Positions 42,726 through 56,055 of a stretch of DNA of 64,000 bases are shown here, piece after piece. Every line of letters starts with the position of its first letter. Positions within the stretch are counted from its first letter, which is position 1. Position numbers and translations under genes: made by a program. Origin of the DNA: Eledone cirrhosa (Eukaryota); the NCBI GenBank assembly GCA_964016885.1, contig OZ024752.1, positions 24,862,001 to 24,926,000 on the forward strand, read 5' to 3'. The notes under the pieces were generated by a model. The model saw nothing but the letters and a program-made list of their open reading frames with translations, did no database searches and was not told the DNA's origin.

Positions 42726-43573
42726 TTGTCTCCTGTATGTATACGTTTGTGGGTAGTTATGTGACTACTTACAGAGAATGATTTACCACAGATATCACAG
42801 TGATATGATTTCTCTCCTGTATGGGTATGTTTGTGTCTAGTTAGGGTGGCACTATCAGAGAATGTTTTACCACAGATATCACAATGATATGGCTTGTCTC
42901 CTGTATGTATACGTTTGTGGGTAGTTAAGGTACTACTATCAGAGAATGATTTACCACAAATATCACAATGATATGGCTTGTCTCCTGCATGTATACGTTT
43001 GTGGGTAATTAAGATACTACTATCAGCGAATGATTTACCACAGATATCACAGTGGTATGGCTTGTCTCCTGTATGTATACGTTTGTGTTTAGTTAAGTTA
43101 CTACTATCAGAGAATGATTTACCACAGATATCACAGTGATATGGTTTGTCTCCTGTATGTATACGTTTGTGGGTAGTTATGTGACTACTTACAGAGAATG
43201 ATTTACCACAGATATCACAGTGATATGATTTCTCTCCTGTATGGGTATGTTTGTGTCTAGTTAGGGTGGCACTATCAGAGAATGTTTTACCACAGATATC
43301 ACAATGATATGGCTTGTCTCCTGTATGTATACGTTTGTGGGTAGTTAAGGTACTACTATCAGAGAATGATTTACCACAAATATCACAATGATATGGCTTG
43401 TCTCCTGCATGTATACGTTTGTGGGTAATTAAGATACTACTATCAGCGAATGATTTACCACAGATATCACAGTGGTATGGCTTGTCTCCTGTATGTATAC
43501 GTTTGTGTTTAGTTAAGTTACTACTATCAGAGAATGATTTACCACAGATATCACAGTGATATGGTTTGTCTCC
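42726..43573. repeat. Exact 420-bp (5-finger) tandem duplication
   Basis: The printed lines 42781-43140 are identical to 43201-43560. Confidence 0.92.
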
Positions 43574-43823
43574 AGTATGTATACGTTTGTGTGTAGTTAA
43601 GGTACTACCATCAGAAAATGATGTACCGCAGATATCACAGTGATATGGCCTCTCTCCTGTGTGTATACGTTTGTGTATAGTTAAGGGACTACCATCAGAG
43701 AATGATTTACCACAGATATCACAGTGATATGGCTTGTCTCCTGTATGTATACGTTTGTGGGTAGTTAAATGACTACTTACAGAGAATGATTTACCACAGA
43801 TATCACAGTGATATGGCTTGTCA

Positions 43824-44138
<315 letters not shown>

Positions 44139-44776
44139 CTAAAAATATTTCTTCTTCTATATTTCCCTCAACTGTGATTTCAGTTAATATCTGAAAATAA
44201 TACAAACTTATGTTTCATCCAAGTTTAGTTAAAATACAAAATAATCTTATAGTGATGAAAATAAACCCAGTTCTAAGGAAATATTTCACAGTAATTGAAC
44301 TAGAGATTTATATAAATAGTGTTATATAAGTTCTGTTTAAAATGTTTTAGTTTTAAAATTATGAAAAATAGCGGTGATGCATCCAAGATTGAAAATAAAA
44401 ATTTATCCCAATGTCATCTGGTATTCTGAAATAAGAAAGAAACAATATGAGATAATACAGAATACTTTAGAAGCAGGGATAGATTTAATAGTGGAAATTT
44501 TATATTTCTATATCCATAAACTGTAGATATCAACTTTCCTGTCCAGAGCAATTCCCTCCAATGTAAGCAGTGGTATTCCAGCATGCTCTATACATTTTAC
44601 CTTTCTATCTCTTGGGAGATCTGCTCTATGGCAGTTTAGGGAAAAATTCATTCTGATAGCACTTTCTAACGTAGCTATCATCTCCTCTCCTGGTGACATG
44701 TCAACACCGGTTTAACATATACATATATAAATATATATACACACACATACACATATATATATATATACATATATAT

Positions 44777-44855
<79 letters not shown>

Positions 44856-44894
44856 TATAAATATACATACATATATATACATATATATATAAAC

Positions 44895-44934
<40 letters not shown>

Positions 44935-45048
44935 ACATATATATACATACATATATATACATATATACATACATATATATACATATATACATACATATAT
45001 ATATACATACATATATACATACATATATATATATATATACATACATAT

Positions 45049-45079
<31 letters not shown>

Positions 45080-45120
45080 CATACATATATACATACATAT
45101 ATATATATATATAGATATAT

Positions 45121-45730
45121 ATGGTGGCTACCAACTCGTTTTCGAGTACAGCCACTACTTTATATCCATGTAGGAGAACCCCTACCGATGCACTGAACGA
45201 GTGTGACTTTTTAGTCCAGCCAGCGACTTGAAAACTCTGGTACAAACACTACACTTGTGACAATTATTGACACATAGTGCTGGGCCCATGGTACCATGTG
45301 ACGACAAGTGCAGAGAGATCTCCAGATATAAAACAATGCCTGTGCCGTGAAGCTTTTATAGTGAGCAAAGGCACTGCACAAAGCCAGTCCCACTCTCTTA
45401 ACCAAGATGATATTTACCAAAAAGAAGAACAAGTCAACATCATAGGATACCATCAGGGTTGCAGGTGTTATATCAGAGTTTTCCTTCTCATAGAATTCTG
45501 CCTTGACAAAGGTTAAGGGGTCATCTCTCCCGGAGAGATACATACATACATATACATACATGTATATATACATACATATATATACATACATACATATGGT
45601 GGCTGCCAACTCGTTTTCAAGTACGGCCACTACTTTATATCCATGTAGGAGAACCCCTACCGATGCGCTGAACGAGTGTGACTTTTTAGTCCAGTCAGCG
45701 ACTTGAAAACAGGGTTGCAGGTGTTATATC
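45121..45730 (-). mobile_element. Probable Penelope-type RT fragment with ~115-bp direct repeats
   Basis: DPLTFVK...ATLMVSYDV resembles PLE RT motif A (VS[FY]DV). 45121-45235 is repeated at 45596-45710. Confidence 0.45.
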
Positions 45731-46274
45731 ATACATACATACATATACATACATACATATACATACATATATACATACATATATACATATGTACATATAT
45801 ATATATATGTACAGATATATATACATGTATATATATATGTACATACACATATATATATATATTTATTAAAATATGCTCTACGGTTCTTATATATTTGATA
45901 TATATTTATCCTATCGAGCCCTCTTTGGATTTTAGTCTTCAAATTTATTATTATTACTATATATATATATATATATATATCATAAAACATGTCTATAGAA
46001 TCACAAGATAAAATATATACTATTTCCTCTCCCAATTAGCATACTTAACTATATAAAAAATCGAATAGACCAGGCTATAAGAATGAGGCTTCTATGAAGA
46101 AATCTCCGACAAATAACCGAAACTAGCGCTTCGCGTCGGCCGTAGCGGAATATTTATCGTATATTTCGACAGCATAATCGCCCAGATATAGTCAACTAAA
46201 CAGAATTAGGTGTAAAATAAACTAGGAGAAAATAGAATACATTTAAATACCTCTACCATGGTATATATATATAT

Positions 46275-46563
46275 ATAAATGAAAAGTATAGAAATTATTG
46301 TAGCAAGAAGCCAACAGTATTCCATAATATATGTGACTATAGCGTCAAAATGGAAAAATAGTTAACCTAAGATGTGGGAAAATAATTCAAACTCAATTCA
46401 AAAAGAATCAGGGTATAGATTCATACACAGAATTTGGTGAAATCCAGGGAAAAATCAATAGAACCTTAACTCAGAATAAAATAAAGTTTAAAATACTCAT
46501 CCTTCAATTTTGAAAAACTATAAATGCTCTGTATAGTCTTAAAAAAGACTATTTCACGAAACT
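46275..46563. repeat. Dispersed (TA)n-flanked repeat (second copy at 50510-50800)
   Basis: aaatgaaaagtatagaaatt...ctctgtatagtcttaaa..gactatttca occurs at both sites. Confidence 0.8.
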
Positions 46564-46619
46564 TTCAGTGGGGGTGGTCACGGTTGGAATCGATCATCAG
46601 CGGAGCTCAAAGACACGAT

Positions 46620-47285
46620 AACCAAAATCCCACTGTTTATAATATGCCAAAAAGGGAATTTAAAAGCAGGCTAGTTCAATAGCATGCGTAATTATGAAGA
46701 TAAACGCACATGTAGAGACAGGGCTGGTGACGTCAGAACGAGACGAATGTCTGTTTACATGAAATAACAGTCAAAAACAAACGCCATGTTACCATTCAAT
46801 GGAAAGCCATACGCAAGGGGAAATGTGGCTTATGTATTGACGAACGAATAACTATCCTAAAGAGATAACACAATACTGATTGCCTAAACACGAGAAGTAA
46901 ATTTTTCACACATTATCCACACGTCACCAAACATCTATTGCATAACTACAAAGCTCCGGACTGATTCTTTGTAATTTTATTTTTAATTTTTTAAATTTTA
47001 TTTTCAACCTAAAAACTTTCCGGACTTTCACAGTTATCTCCTTTACACCTCCCGCACGCAGTCTAGTATTGCCTGTGTGAAGTGACAGAGTTTCTGCGCA
47101 TGCGCGTTCGTACGGTTGTCCTTCCTGTTCCTATAACCATACACATCCCGAGCTGAAGATCCGCGAAGGTGAAACAATTGTTCTCGGTATGGTGAACTAA
47201 CTGTTGTGTAACCACTTCTACCTCACTCGTCCCTTGGACTGAGTGCTCTACCACTACGGATATTACCTTCCAGTGTTTCACCACT
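46620..47285 (+). mobile_element. Naiad-type PLE 3' fragment (GIY-YIG C-terminus plus 3' UTR/pLTR)
   Basis: VTIQWK...KCGLCIDERITIL...CLNTRSKFFTHYPHVTKHLLHNY matches the C-terminus of the 53-kb element (CSLCTTEKFMIL...CLNSKTEIFRCCPHLKSHL). A hammerhead follows. Confidence 0.75.
47136..47193 (+). ncRNA. Type I hammerhead ribozyme candidate
   Basis: accata-cacatc-ccgag CTGAAGA tccgcgaaggt GAAAC aatt GTT|ctcgg-tatggt. Bulged stem I, full catalytic core, palindromic stem III; stem II is weak. Confidence 0.75.
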
Positions 47286-47499
47286 ATATATATATATATA
47301 CATATATATATGTATGGACCAGTCCAGAAATAGCCCTCGAAACAGCTTGAGCTCTGCCGTCGGGGTCATACTTTTTCCTATTACCCACTCTACTACCCTA
47401 AGTATTGAGTACTCTGGTGCGTTATGGTCCATCTGGTTCTTTACCACAATTCCTTTGTTATATATACATATACATATATATATATAGATATATATACAT

Positions 47500-47533
<34 letters not shown>

Positions 47534-47943
47534 ATATATACATATATACATATATATGAATGTATATATAGTGTATTTTGCAATACACTTTATGCTTAAT
47601 TAAAAGCATTTTGAAGACCGTATGCTATTGTTTTAGAGTAGTGACAGACTCACTTACTTTAATTTCAGCAAACAGGGGGGGGGGGGGATAAAGCTGAAAA
47701 GGCCTTGTTTCTGCATTTATTGATGCTTATCAAAGCCAACTACTCCTCCCGTCCGCTGAAATTACGGATGTTATGTTCTTATAGAATTCTAGTAAATAAT
47801 CAGGAACTGATTATACAGGGCGGTTGCTGGTCAAGCAGAAATTAAAAATTAGAATTGGTGCACTGAGATAGCCATATATATATGAATGTATATATAATGT
47901 ATTTTGCAATACACTTTATGCTTAATTAAAAGCATTTTGAAGA

Positions 47944-48064
47944 CCGTATGCTATTGTTTTAGAGTAGTGACAGACTCACTTACTTTAATTTCAGCAAACA
48001 GGGGGAGATAAAGCTGAAATTAAAGTAAGTGAGTCTGTCACTACTCTAAAACAATAGCATACGG
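47944..48064. repeat. Perfect hairpin, 52-bp arms, 17-nt loop; the arm is also directly repeated at ~47618-47670
   Basis: ccgtatgctattgttttagagtagtgacagactcacttactttaatttcagc and its exact reverse complement. Confidence 0.92.
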
Positions 48065-48613
48065 AGGGCGGGCGTTAACGTGCAGGCGGGGCGGACGAAT
48101 ACAGGTCGACATATCGTTCGAGACGGAGACAGCCGACATCGCATAGGGTAAGCCGGCACGTACCCGTCTTGAAAACGGAATATTCACAAGCCGCAACGGA
48201 TAGCACCCGTAACCGTTTTCTTCGAGCTCGTCCGATCAAGCTTACACTATATAATAGACAGAACCCCCTGGCCGAGTAATTATAACCGTGGGCGGTCGGT
48301 TTCCCCGGCGCCTACTCGCAACCTTACGGGTCGGCGGCGAAACCGCCTCGCAGATGAATTGCCGCAGGTGCTAGGCAGCCAAGAAAAAATGGCTAGTTGC
48401 TTTGAAAAAAAAGCAAGTTGAATCTGTAGGTGGGTAGTAGTTGAAGTGGTAATTCTATAATTCTGGCGAATCCATAGGAGAAATGGTGGAAATGCTGACA
48501 AGTCCAGTTGTTGTTTTCCCAGTGAGATACATTTTGCTTCGCTGGTAGCGATTGGCTGAACTGAGCCAAATAACGCACGGAGAATGTATCCATGAGCCCT
48601 CGGAATATAGGTT

Positions 48614-48687
<74 letters not shown>

Positions 48688-48933
48688 GTGAGAATCGCTT
48701 TTTGGCGGGTAGAAATAGCGAAACGCAGCGCAAATTCCGAGTCATGCTGGCAAGCATTCCATGGGCTAAAGAGACCAGAGCAATAAGCATAGCTTATAAA
48801 GGCCATACAAACTGAGAAGGCGGTCAAGAAGCCATTAATCACCTAAGCCAAAAAAGCGAGTCAAGCTAAACGGGTCAGACAAAATAAATGACATATTCAC
48901 ACGGACCCTCGGAAATTGATGGTACAATCCAGT

Positions 48934-48986
<53 letters not shown>

Positions 48987-48989
<3 letters not shown>

Positions 48990-49488
48990 TCATCATCATC
49001 AACATCATCATTTTACGTCCGCTTTTCCCTGCTTGCAAGGGTGGGGTGGGTCTTATTCAGCTCAGCATCTCCCCACTTGTCACGGTCCCTTGTCATCTCC
49101 ATCGTGATCTTCAGCGATCTGAGGTCTGTTCTCACCACATCCGCCCATGTTTTTCGTGGTCTACCTCTACTACGTCTTCCTTCAACTGGCATTTCCTGGC
49201 ACTTCTTCACCCATCGGTCATCCTCCATGTGCATCACATGTCCATACCACTGCAGTCTGCTCTCTCGCACACTACATTCTATCCCTCTCAGACACAGTTT
49301 CTCTCTCAACACATCCATGCTGGGTCGTTCACGCACATTGACATTGCACATCCAACAGAGCATGCTTGCCTCATTTCTCTCCAGTCATCGCATATCCTCT
49401 GCAGTTGCTGCCCATATCTCACTATCATGCAACATCGCGCTCCTCACACAGGCATCATACAACCGGACTTTCGTACACAGGGAGAAAC
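48987..49488 (-). mobile_element. RTE LINE family 1, short 3' fragment
   Basis: ORF 49013-49363 matches the family C-terminus; (cat)n tail. Confidence 0.93.
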
Positions 49489-49690
49489 CTGAGAAAGTCT
49501 CATGTATATATATATATAATTGATTCACGTGAAGCAAACCATATATAAATCAAATCATTTATTCTTATTATTATTGTTATTTCATCTAATAACCGTGTTA
49601 ATCCATTTAACAATTTCATATAATACTCTTCGTTAAATATATATATATATATCAAGTAAGAATATTTTCGAAACAGCGAGTTGGTTTGAA

Positions 49691-49926
49691 ATTATTAGAA
49701 ATGTAAGCTATCGCCGTATTTTGACTAAAGAAATTAAAGAAATTATTTAGCCTGATAGTGGGGTTAAGAACCCTCGGAGAAATGGAAAAAGATGAGTATT
49801 GACGTACATGGGAGTCAATACTCATCTTTTTCCATTTCTCCGAGGGTTCTTAACCCCACTATCAGGCTAAATAATTTCTTTAATTTCTTTAGTCAAAATA
49901 CGGCGATAGCTTACATTTCTAATAAT
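49691..49926. repeat. Near-perfect hairpin, ~113-bp arms, 10-nt loop
   Basis: attattagaaatgtaagctatcgccg...gatgagtattgac / gtacatggga / gtcaatactcatc...cttacatttctaataat. Confidence 0.93.
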
Positions 49927-50221
49927 ATATATATATATAAAGTACAATAAAACAGTTACCAAGAGTTGAGAAGGTTGACAATGATTTTGTTGTTGATGTG
50001 AAAACAGCGAACGACCAGCTAAATTCGTTTGTGGTTAAAGTTTGTTGCAGTCCGACTGAGTCTATATTTGTTCCCTCTTCCACCGGCTATTTATATCCTC
50101 AGCTTTCTGTCCCCTGCCTCGAGGGATCGTCCACGCATCCAGCTGTCAACGCCAAAAGGGGGGTGACCTAGAATTTGACTTTTAGGTGTCATCCAGGGTT
50201 CGAGGTGTGGACAGGTTTCGC

Positions 50222-50273
<52 letters not shown>

Positions 50274-50354
50274 CACAGTTTTCTCTCCCCGGCAACAGTC
50301 TAACACTGTCATATCTATTCTTACTTTACAATTGTGTCTACTAAGAGTTCCATT

Positions 50355-50385
50355 ACGTTTCGGACGCTAGTCCGTCATCAGAAGA
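50355..50385 (-). ncRNA. Minimal hammerhead motif with perfect stem II, truncated at the cleavage site
   Basis: The minus strand reads tctt CTGATGA c ggac-tagc-gtcc GAAAC GT and then switches to an unrelated repeat. Confidence 0.55.
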
Positions 50386-50800
50386 AAGAATAAGAAATAA
50401 AATAGATTAAGGGGATGGGCGGGATGGAATTTGAAAATATATATTTAGATAAAAATAACAGGTCCATTCATGTTGACATCTCTTGCAAAACTATATATAT
50501 ATTTATATATAAATGAAAGGTATAGAAATTTGTTGTAGCGAGAAGCTAACAGTATTCCATAACATATATACGACTATGGCGTCAAGATGGGAAAAATAGT
50601 TAACGTAAGATGTAGGAAAAATAATTCAAACTCATCTCAAAAGAGAATCAAGATATAAATTCATCCACAGAATTTAGTGAAATCCATTGAAAAATCAATA
50701 GAGCCTTAACTCATGATAAAATAAAGTCTAAAATACCTATCCTTCAATTTGGAAAAACATAAAATGCTCTGTATAGTCTTAAAGACTATTTCATGAAAAC

Positions 50801-50831
<31 letters not shown>

Positions 50832-50923
50832 AAGTAATTCCGTCGGAAAGGTCCAGGAAAAAAGAGTGATCTATGTAGGTTACAGAGCTTAATTGTTATG
50901 TAGTATACAACATAAAGTAATTA

Positions 50924-50984
50924 TTTCATTTACCAGTGGTTTCTTGAAAGCAAACAAAATATGTTTTCAATCATCAGAATGAAA
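50924..50984 (-). ncRNA. Type I hammerhead ribozyme, 3' pLTR copy
   Basis: tttcatt CTGATGA ttgaaa...tttcaa GAAAC cactg GTA|aatgaaa. Confidence 0.8.
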
Positions 50985-51291
50985 AAATGCTGGTGTATTT
51001 ATTGACATTGGATTTTAAAAACAAAAATATAATCTATATGAAAGTGAGGCTGGAAAAGGAAGAAGAAAAGGAAAAATAAACATACATGCACACACACACA
51101 CACACACACACATATACATACACACACATATATACATGCACATATATATATACATACATATATATATATATACATACACATATACACACACGTACAAATA
51201 CACATACATATACATATACATACATACACACATATATATCCACATATCCATACATACACATACACACAAATACACAAACACGCACACACAC

Positions 51292-51330
<39 letters not shown>

Positions 51331-52355
51331 TAATCTTACATATATACACATGTACATACACACACATACATACACACATATATACACGCATACATACGCA
51401 CACACAAATATAGATATATGTACACACACCTACATACGCACACACACAATTAATTATGAGAAAAAATATTATAATAAAAATAAAAAACAATAGAGGACCA
51501 TATAGGCCGTCACATAAGAATAAAATAAATGTAAAAATTACTATAAAGTTGACTGCGATACAGGAAAGGACACAAATAAATGAACAAACACACGTGGTAA
51601 GCAATACACACAATTACACATACACATATATACATATAAATAAATACATACACACACACACACATACACATACACATACATACACATATATATACACACA
51701 CATACATACATATATATGTATATATATATATATATATATATCCATACATATACACACACACATACATATAAATACATACACACACATGTATGTGTGTAAA
51801 ACTCATTCTTAGATGTATTCAATGAACCTTGTTTAACTCTTAAATATATATATATATATATATACGATATATTAACAAATGGAAACTATATTTATAAAAC
51901 CATATTTATTTCATTATACATATTTCAAGGACAACAAGTTAAATTATGGCGTGCTTTAATCAGATAAAATATAATATAGAGCAGTTTTATAAATAAATAT
52001 TGACATACCCTTAAAGAATGCGACCATTTCTGTTGGAAGCTCCCGGATATATATATATATAAGAAAATACATAAATATTTTATACATATAAAAATAAAAA
52101 GGTGAAAGGGGTAAACAAATAGTTGAGAATACGACAAATAATAAATAAATAAAAAAATAAAAAAAATAAATAGTTAAGGGTATAAATGTTTATAGCTGAT
52201 TTAGAGCACTCAACAAGTTCCTGGAGCAAATAATCAATGAAAGTAAGCATTAAATCACTCTGTATGTAATTATGCATATACATACATACACACACACACA
52301 CATATATATATATACACACACACACACGCACACACACACACATATATATACATAC

Positions 52356-52392
<37 letters not shown>

Positions 52393-52558
52393 AAAAAGTA
52401 TGACCCCGACGGCAGAGCCAAAATCGTTTCTGAGGCTATTACATATATACACATATATATATATAAACATATATATATATAAATATACACATATACACAC
52501 ACACATATCTACAAATAGTTACATCACCACCTTAATAAAAATACACACACGCATATAA

Positions 52559-52593
<35 letters not shown>

Positions 52594-52926
52594 CACACAC
52601 AATTACAACAGATACATATAAAATACAATTATATACACACATACATATACATACAGATATATATAATTATATATACATATACATACATATATATATATAT
52701 ACATATATACACATATACACAACACACACACACACAGAAATAAATATCTAAAAATAAAAAAGGTGGGTATGTAAAGGGTAAGGTAGAATAAGGAAAATAA
52801 ATGACATAGGAAAAAGTTTAAATATAAAGGGAGATAAGGGAGAAAAAGTATGTAAGAGTACAGAAAGTGAGTTCAGAAAGTAAAAATATCGTAGTGGATG
52901 TAAGGCGTAGAGAGCAGAGAAGAAGT

Positions 52927-55063
52927 TCAAGGTGGTTGAGTCATCGTAAGAATGTCAATCCAGTTACAGATCAGATGTGATTTCAGGTGAGGACAACATC
53001 TGAAGATCTCGGTCTTGGAGTTCAGGCAAGTTGAAGTGGCTTTCAAGTTTTGTAAAATCATAAATTTTTCAGTAGTACACAAAGAACAATTCTTTGTGCC
53101 CCTTTGGTACTCCCTCGAATGGTCTAAAATAGACCAATCGATAGAGTACTGGATGTTTTTATCCTTGAATTCCCACACCTTATTTGCGAGAGCCGTTGCT
53201 GTTCTTTTATCGGTGTGTTTAAAAGAAGCGACATGTGCCTAAAACCCGGTTTTAAACCTGTCCTGAGTCATGCCAACATATCGTTCACTCCTGGCTGGCT
53301 GGCTGGTTGTTAATTAAAGGTGTCACTTTGGCCTCATATACAACGGATTTGGTTTTACATTTGCCCTGTAATGGGCATTCATCCGGCTTCCTGCAACTGC
53401 ATCCTGGATTTATTCTCGTACGATTAGAATTGGTGATTTTAGACTTCATTGATGGGCAGCAATAGTAACTGATTTTAACTACATTTCTATTAAATATCTT
53501 ATAATATCTATGATTAGGAGGAAAATGTTTGTCTAAGAGGTCAAGGAATTTCCTTCCTACATTAGTTTTGACAATTAGAGAGAAGGGGGGTGTAAACCAA
53601 ATAATTTTACTTTTCCTATTATTGTGGTTAGTTTTAGGGAGTGGAGTAGGTAAATAATTAAAGTGTTCTGTAAATCCGCTGTTATTAAGGTCTTTATTGT
53701 AATAAGGTACGGCTTTGTTTAAAATGTCTAGAGACGAAGATAAGGTAGAAATCCTACGGCTAATGTTGGGAATAAGATTTTTAAAAACTATAGGGGGATG
53801 GCAAGACTCTTTGTGTATATATCTAAGATTTTCGTTAGGTTTATGATAAGGTTTAAAAGAGGCAGTAAGTAGACCAAGATTAATGTCAAGAAAGTTAGCA
53901 TTGGTAAGGTTCGTATCTATAATAATTTTAAGGTTAAGATTAGCAAAAGTATTGATTAAATCTTTACTGAATTTATCAAGGTTATGGCCGTTGGTAGTAT
54001 GAGAAACTGCCAATCCGTCGTCACGGTATAAACCGATATTATGGGAAGGAAATTTCTCTTTAAGGGTGTGGAGAAGGAATAATCCTACTAAGTCACACAC
54101 ATCCGCACTGTCATATGAACCCATTGCAACATCAAAAGAGTTTTCAGGGTTTTACTTTTTAACCCAAATACTTTCATTAGTAAAGAGTAGAGCTTTTCTA
54201 GCATGAAAGATAATGTCTTCTTCTAATTTAGAAATATTAATGAAGGGTCTTACAAAATCTAAGGCTTTAGTTAATAAGGAAACAGTAATAGAGGGGTAAA
54301 AATCAACAATATCAAATTGGGTAAATCTACACTTATGTTTACCTTGTATATTATTAAACCAAGAAATAACAGAGGATGTATTTAACCATTGTGAAAAGTC
54401 AGTCTTAGTTCTAATTTGGAGAATTATTTTTCTTAAGATTTTTTTACTTGCAAAGCCAACTTCGGATTTAGCCGGGTTAATCAATCTACAACTAGGTCGA
54501 TTAGTAAAGTCTAATTTATGGTATTTAAGGGTAATATATACTTTACATTTAGCTAGGCTTTCAATCCGGTTGTCTATTTTTAAAGAACTAGCTAGTTCTT
54601 TAGCTTCTTTATTAAGAGTATTGTAGTTGTTATTATTAGTTAATTGATATTTGTTGGTGATACTATTAGTTAAAAGTTGGTTATACAAAATACTATTAAC
54701 TTCAAAGAGATTTTTAGTTTTATCGGAAAGAACAAAAGTGTTTGTAGAATTTTTAAAATTAGAAATATCGTTAGACAGTTTAGTTTGAAAATTATTATTG
54801 TACTTACGAAATTTGATATCACTAATTAAATTAACAAGGTCTAATTCGAAGTTGGCCATGTCTTTAATTCTAGGTGGGTATTTACGGGATTTTATGTCAA
54901 AACAATCATTAGTATCAGCACTGAATAGTCCATCCTAAACCATTGCCTTCCATCTCATTCTTTTAACGACTTGTTCGATTTTATCTATAAACAGTTTGGT
55001 ATAAGTTGTGTTGGAAGGAGTACGTCTATTTTTTATTGAATAATCCAATTCATAAAGGTCCAT
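52927..55063 (-). pseudogene. PLE reverse transcriptase + C-terminal GIY-YIG endonuclease (disrupted)
   Basis: MDLYELDYSIKN...KRMRWKA, SDKT, RLINPAKSEVG, FDIVDFYPSI, MGSYDSADVCDLVG, YRDDGL, CSCRKPDEC (CxCx5C), VVYEA...RYVGMT. In-frame TAG at ~54935, TAA at 54152, frameshift at ~53290 and TAG at ~53240. Confidence 0.92.
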
Positions 55064-55276
55064 AGTGTATGTTGGTTAAATTCCTGAAAATTGTAGACTG
55101 CTCAACTAATCGGGCTGGAAAGTGCCAATCATATATGTAATATAGAATATGCTTCAATCAATCCCGGTTGGAACTGTATAAATGAAGTAATTCCGTCGGA
55201 AAGGTCCAGGAAAAAAGAGTGCTCTATGTAGGTTACAGAGCTTAATAATTATGTAATAAACAATATAAGGTAATTA

Positions 55277-55337
55277 TTTCATTTACCAGTGGTTTCTTGA
55301 AAGCAAACAAAGTTTGCTTTCAATCATCAGAATGAAA
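55277..55337 (-). ncRNA. Type I hammerhead ribozyme, 5' pLTR copy
   Basis: tttcatt CTGATGA ttgaaagcaaac-ttt-gtttgctttcaa GAAAC cactg GTA|aatgaaa: 7-bp stem I, 12-bp stem II, intact core. Confidence 0.88.
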
Positions 55338-55490
55338 AAATGCTGGTGTATTTATCGACATTGGATTTTAAAAACAAAATATATAATCTATATGAAAGTG
55401 AGGCTGGAAAAGGAAGAAGGAAAGGAAAAATAAACACACATGCACACACACACACACATATATACATACACACATATATATACATACACG

Positions 55491-55524
<34 letters not shown>

Positions 55525-55645
55525 CATATATACACATATACATACACGTACAAATACACATACATATACATATACATACATACACACATATATATCCACA
55601 TATCCATACATACACATACACACAAATACACAAACACACACACAC

Positions 55646-55686
<41 letters not shown>

Positions 55687-56003
55687 AAATCATACATATA
55701 TACACACGTACATACACACACATACACACATATATACACGCATACATACGCACACACAAATATAGATATATGTACACACACCTACATACGCACACACACA
55801 ATTAATTATAAGAAAAAATATTATAATAAAAATTAAAAAAACAATAGTCGACCATATAGGCCGTCACGACAGCGATACAGGAAACAAATAAATGAACAAA
55901 CACACGTGGTAAGCAATGCACACAATTACACATACACATACATACATATAAATAAATACATACACACACACACACACACACATACATACACATATATATA
56001 CAC

Positions 56004-56047
<44 letters not shown>

Positions 56048-56055
<8 letters not shown>

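Noticed and set aside
44678-45245. Long Tyr/Ile/Met/Cys/Val-rich ORFs (also at 8.0-8.6, 22, 31-32, 51-52, 55-56 and 61 kb)
   Set aside because: They are translations of (TA)n, (CA)n and minisatellite tracts.
46540-46610. CTGATGA on the minus strand with downstream GAAA
   Set aside because: No consistent stems I-III could be drawn.
47320-47380. GAAAC-containing repeat shared (inverted) with 52390-52440 and 58320-58372
   Set aside because: No upstream CUGANGA core; treated as an unclassified short repeat.
48160-48180. acccgtcttgaaaacgga resembles a conserved 28S rRNA segment
   Set aside because: Only ~18 nt match and the flanks are not rRNA-like.
52927-55063. Possible selenocysteine (UGA) recoding, known in some Naiad elements
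   Set aside because: The interruptions are TAG or TAA and a frameshift. The TGA at 53285 follows the frameshift and is not at a Cys position, and the conserved Cys codons are intact.
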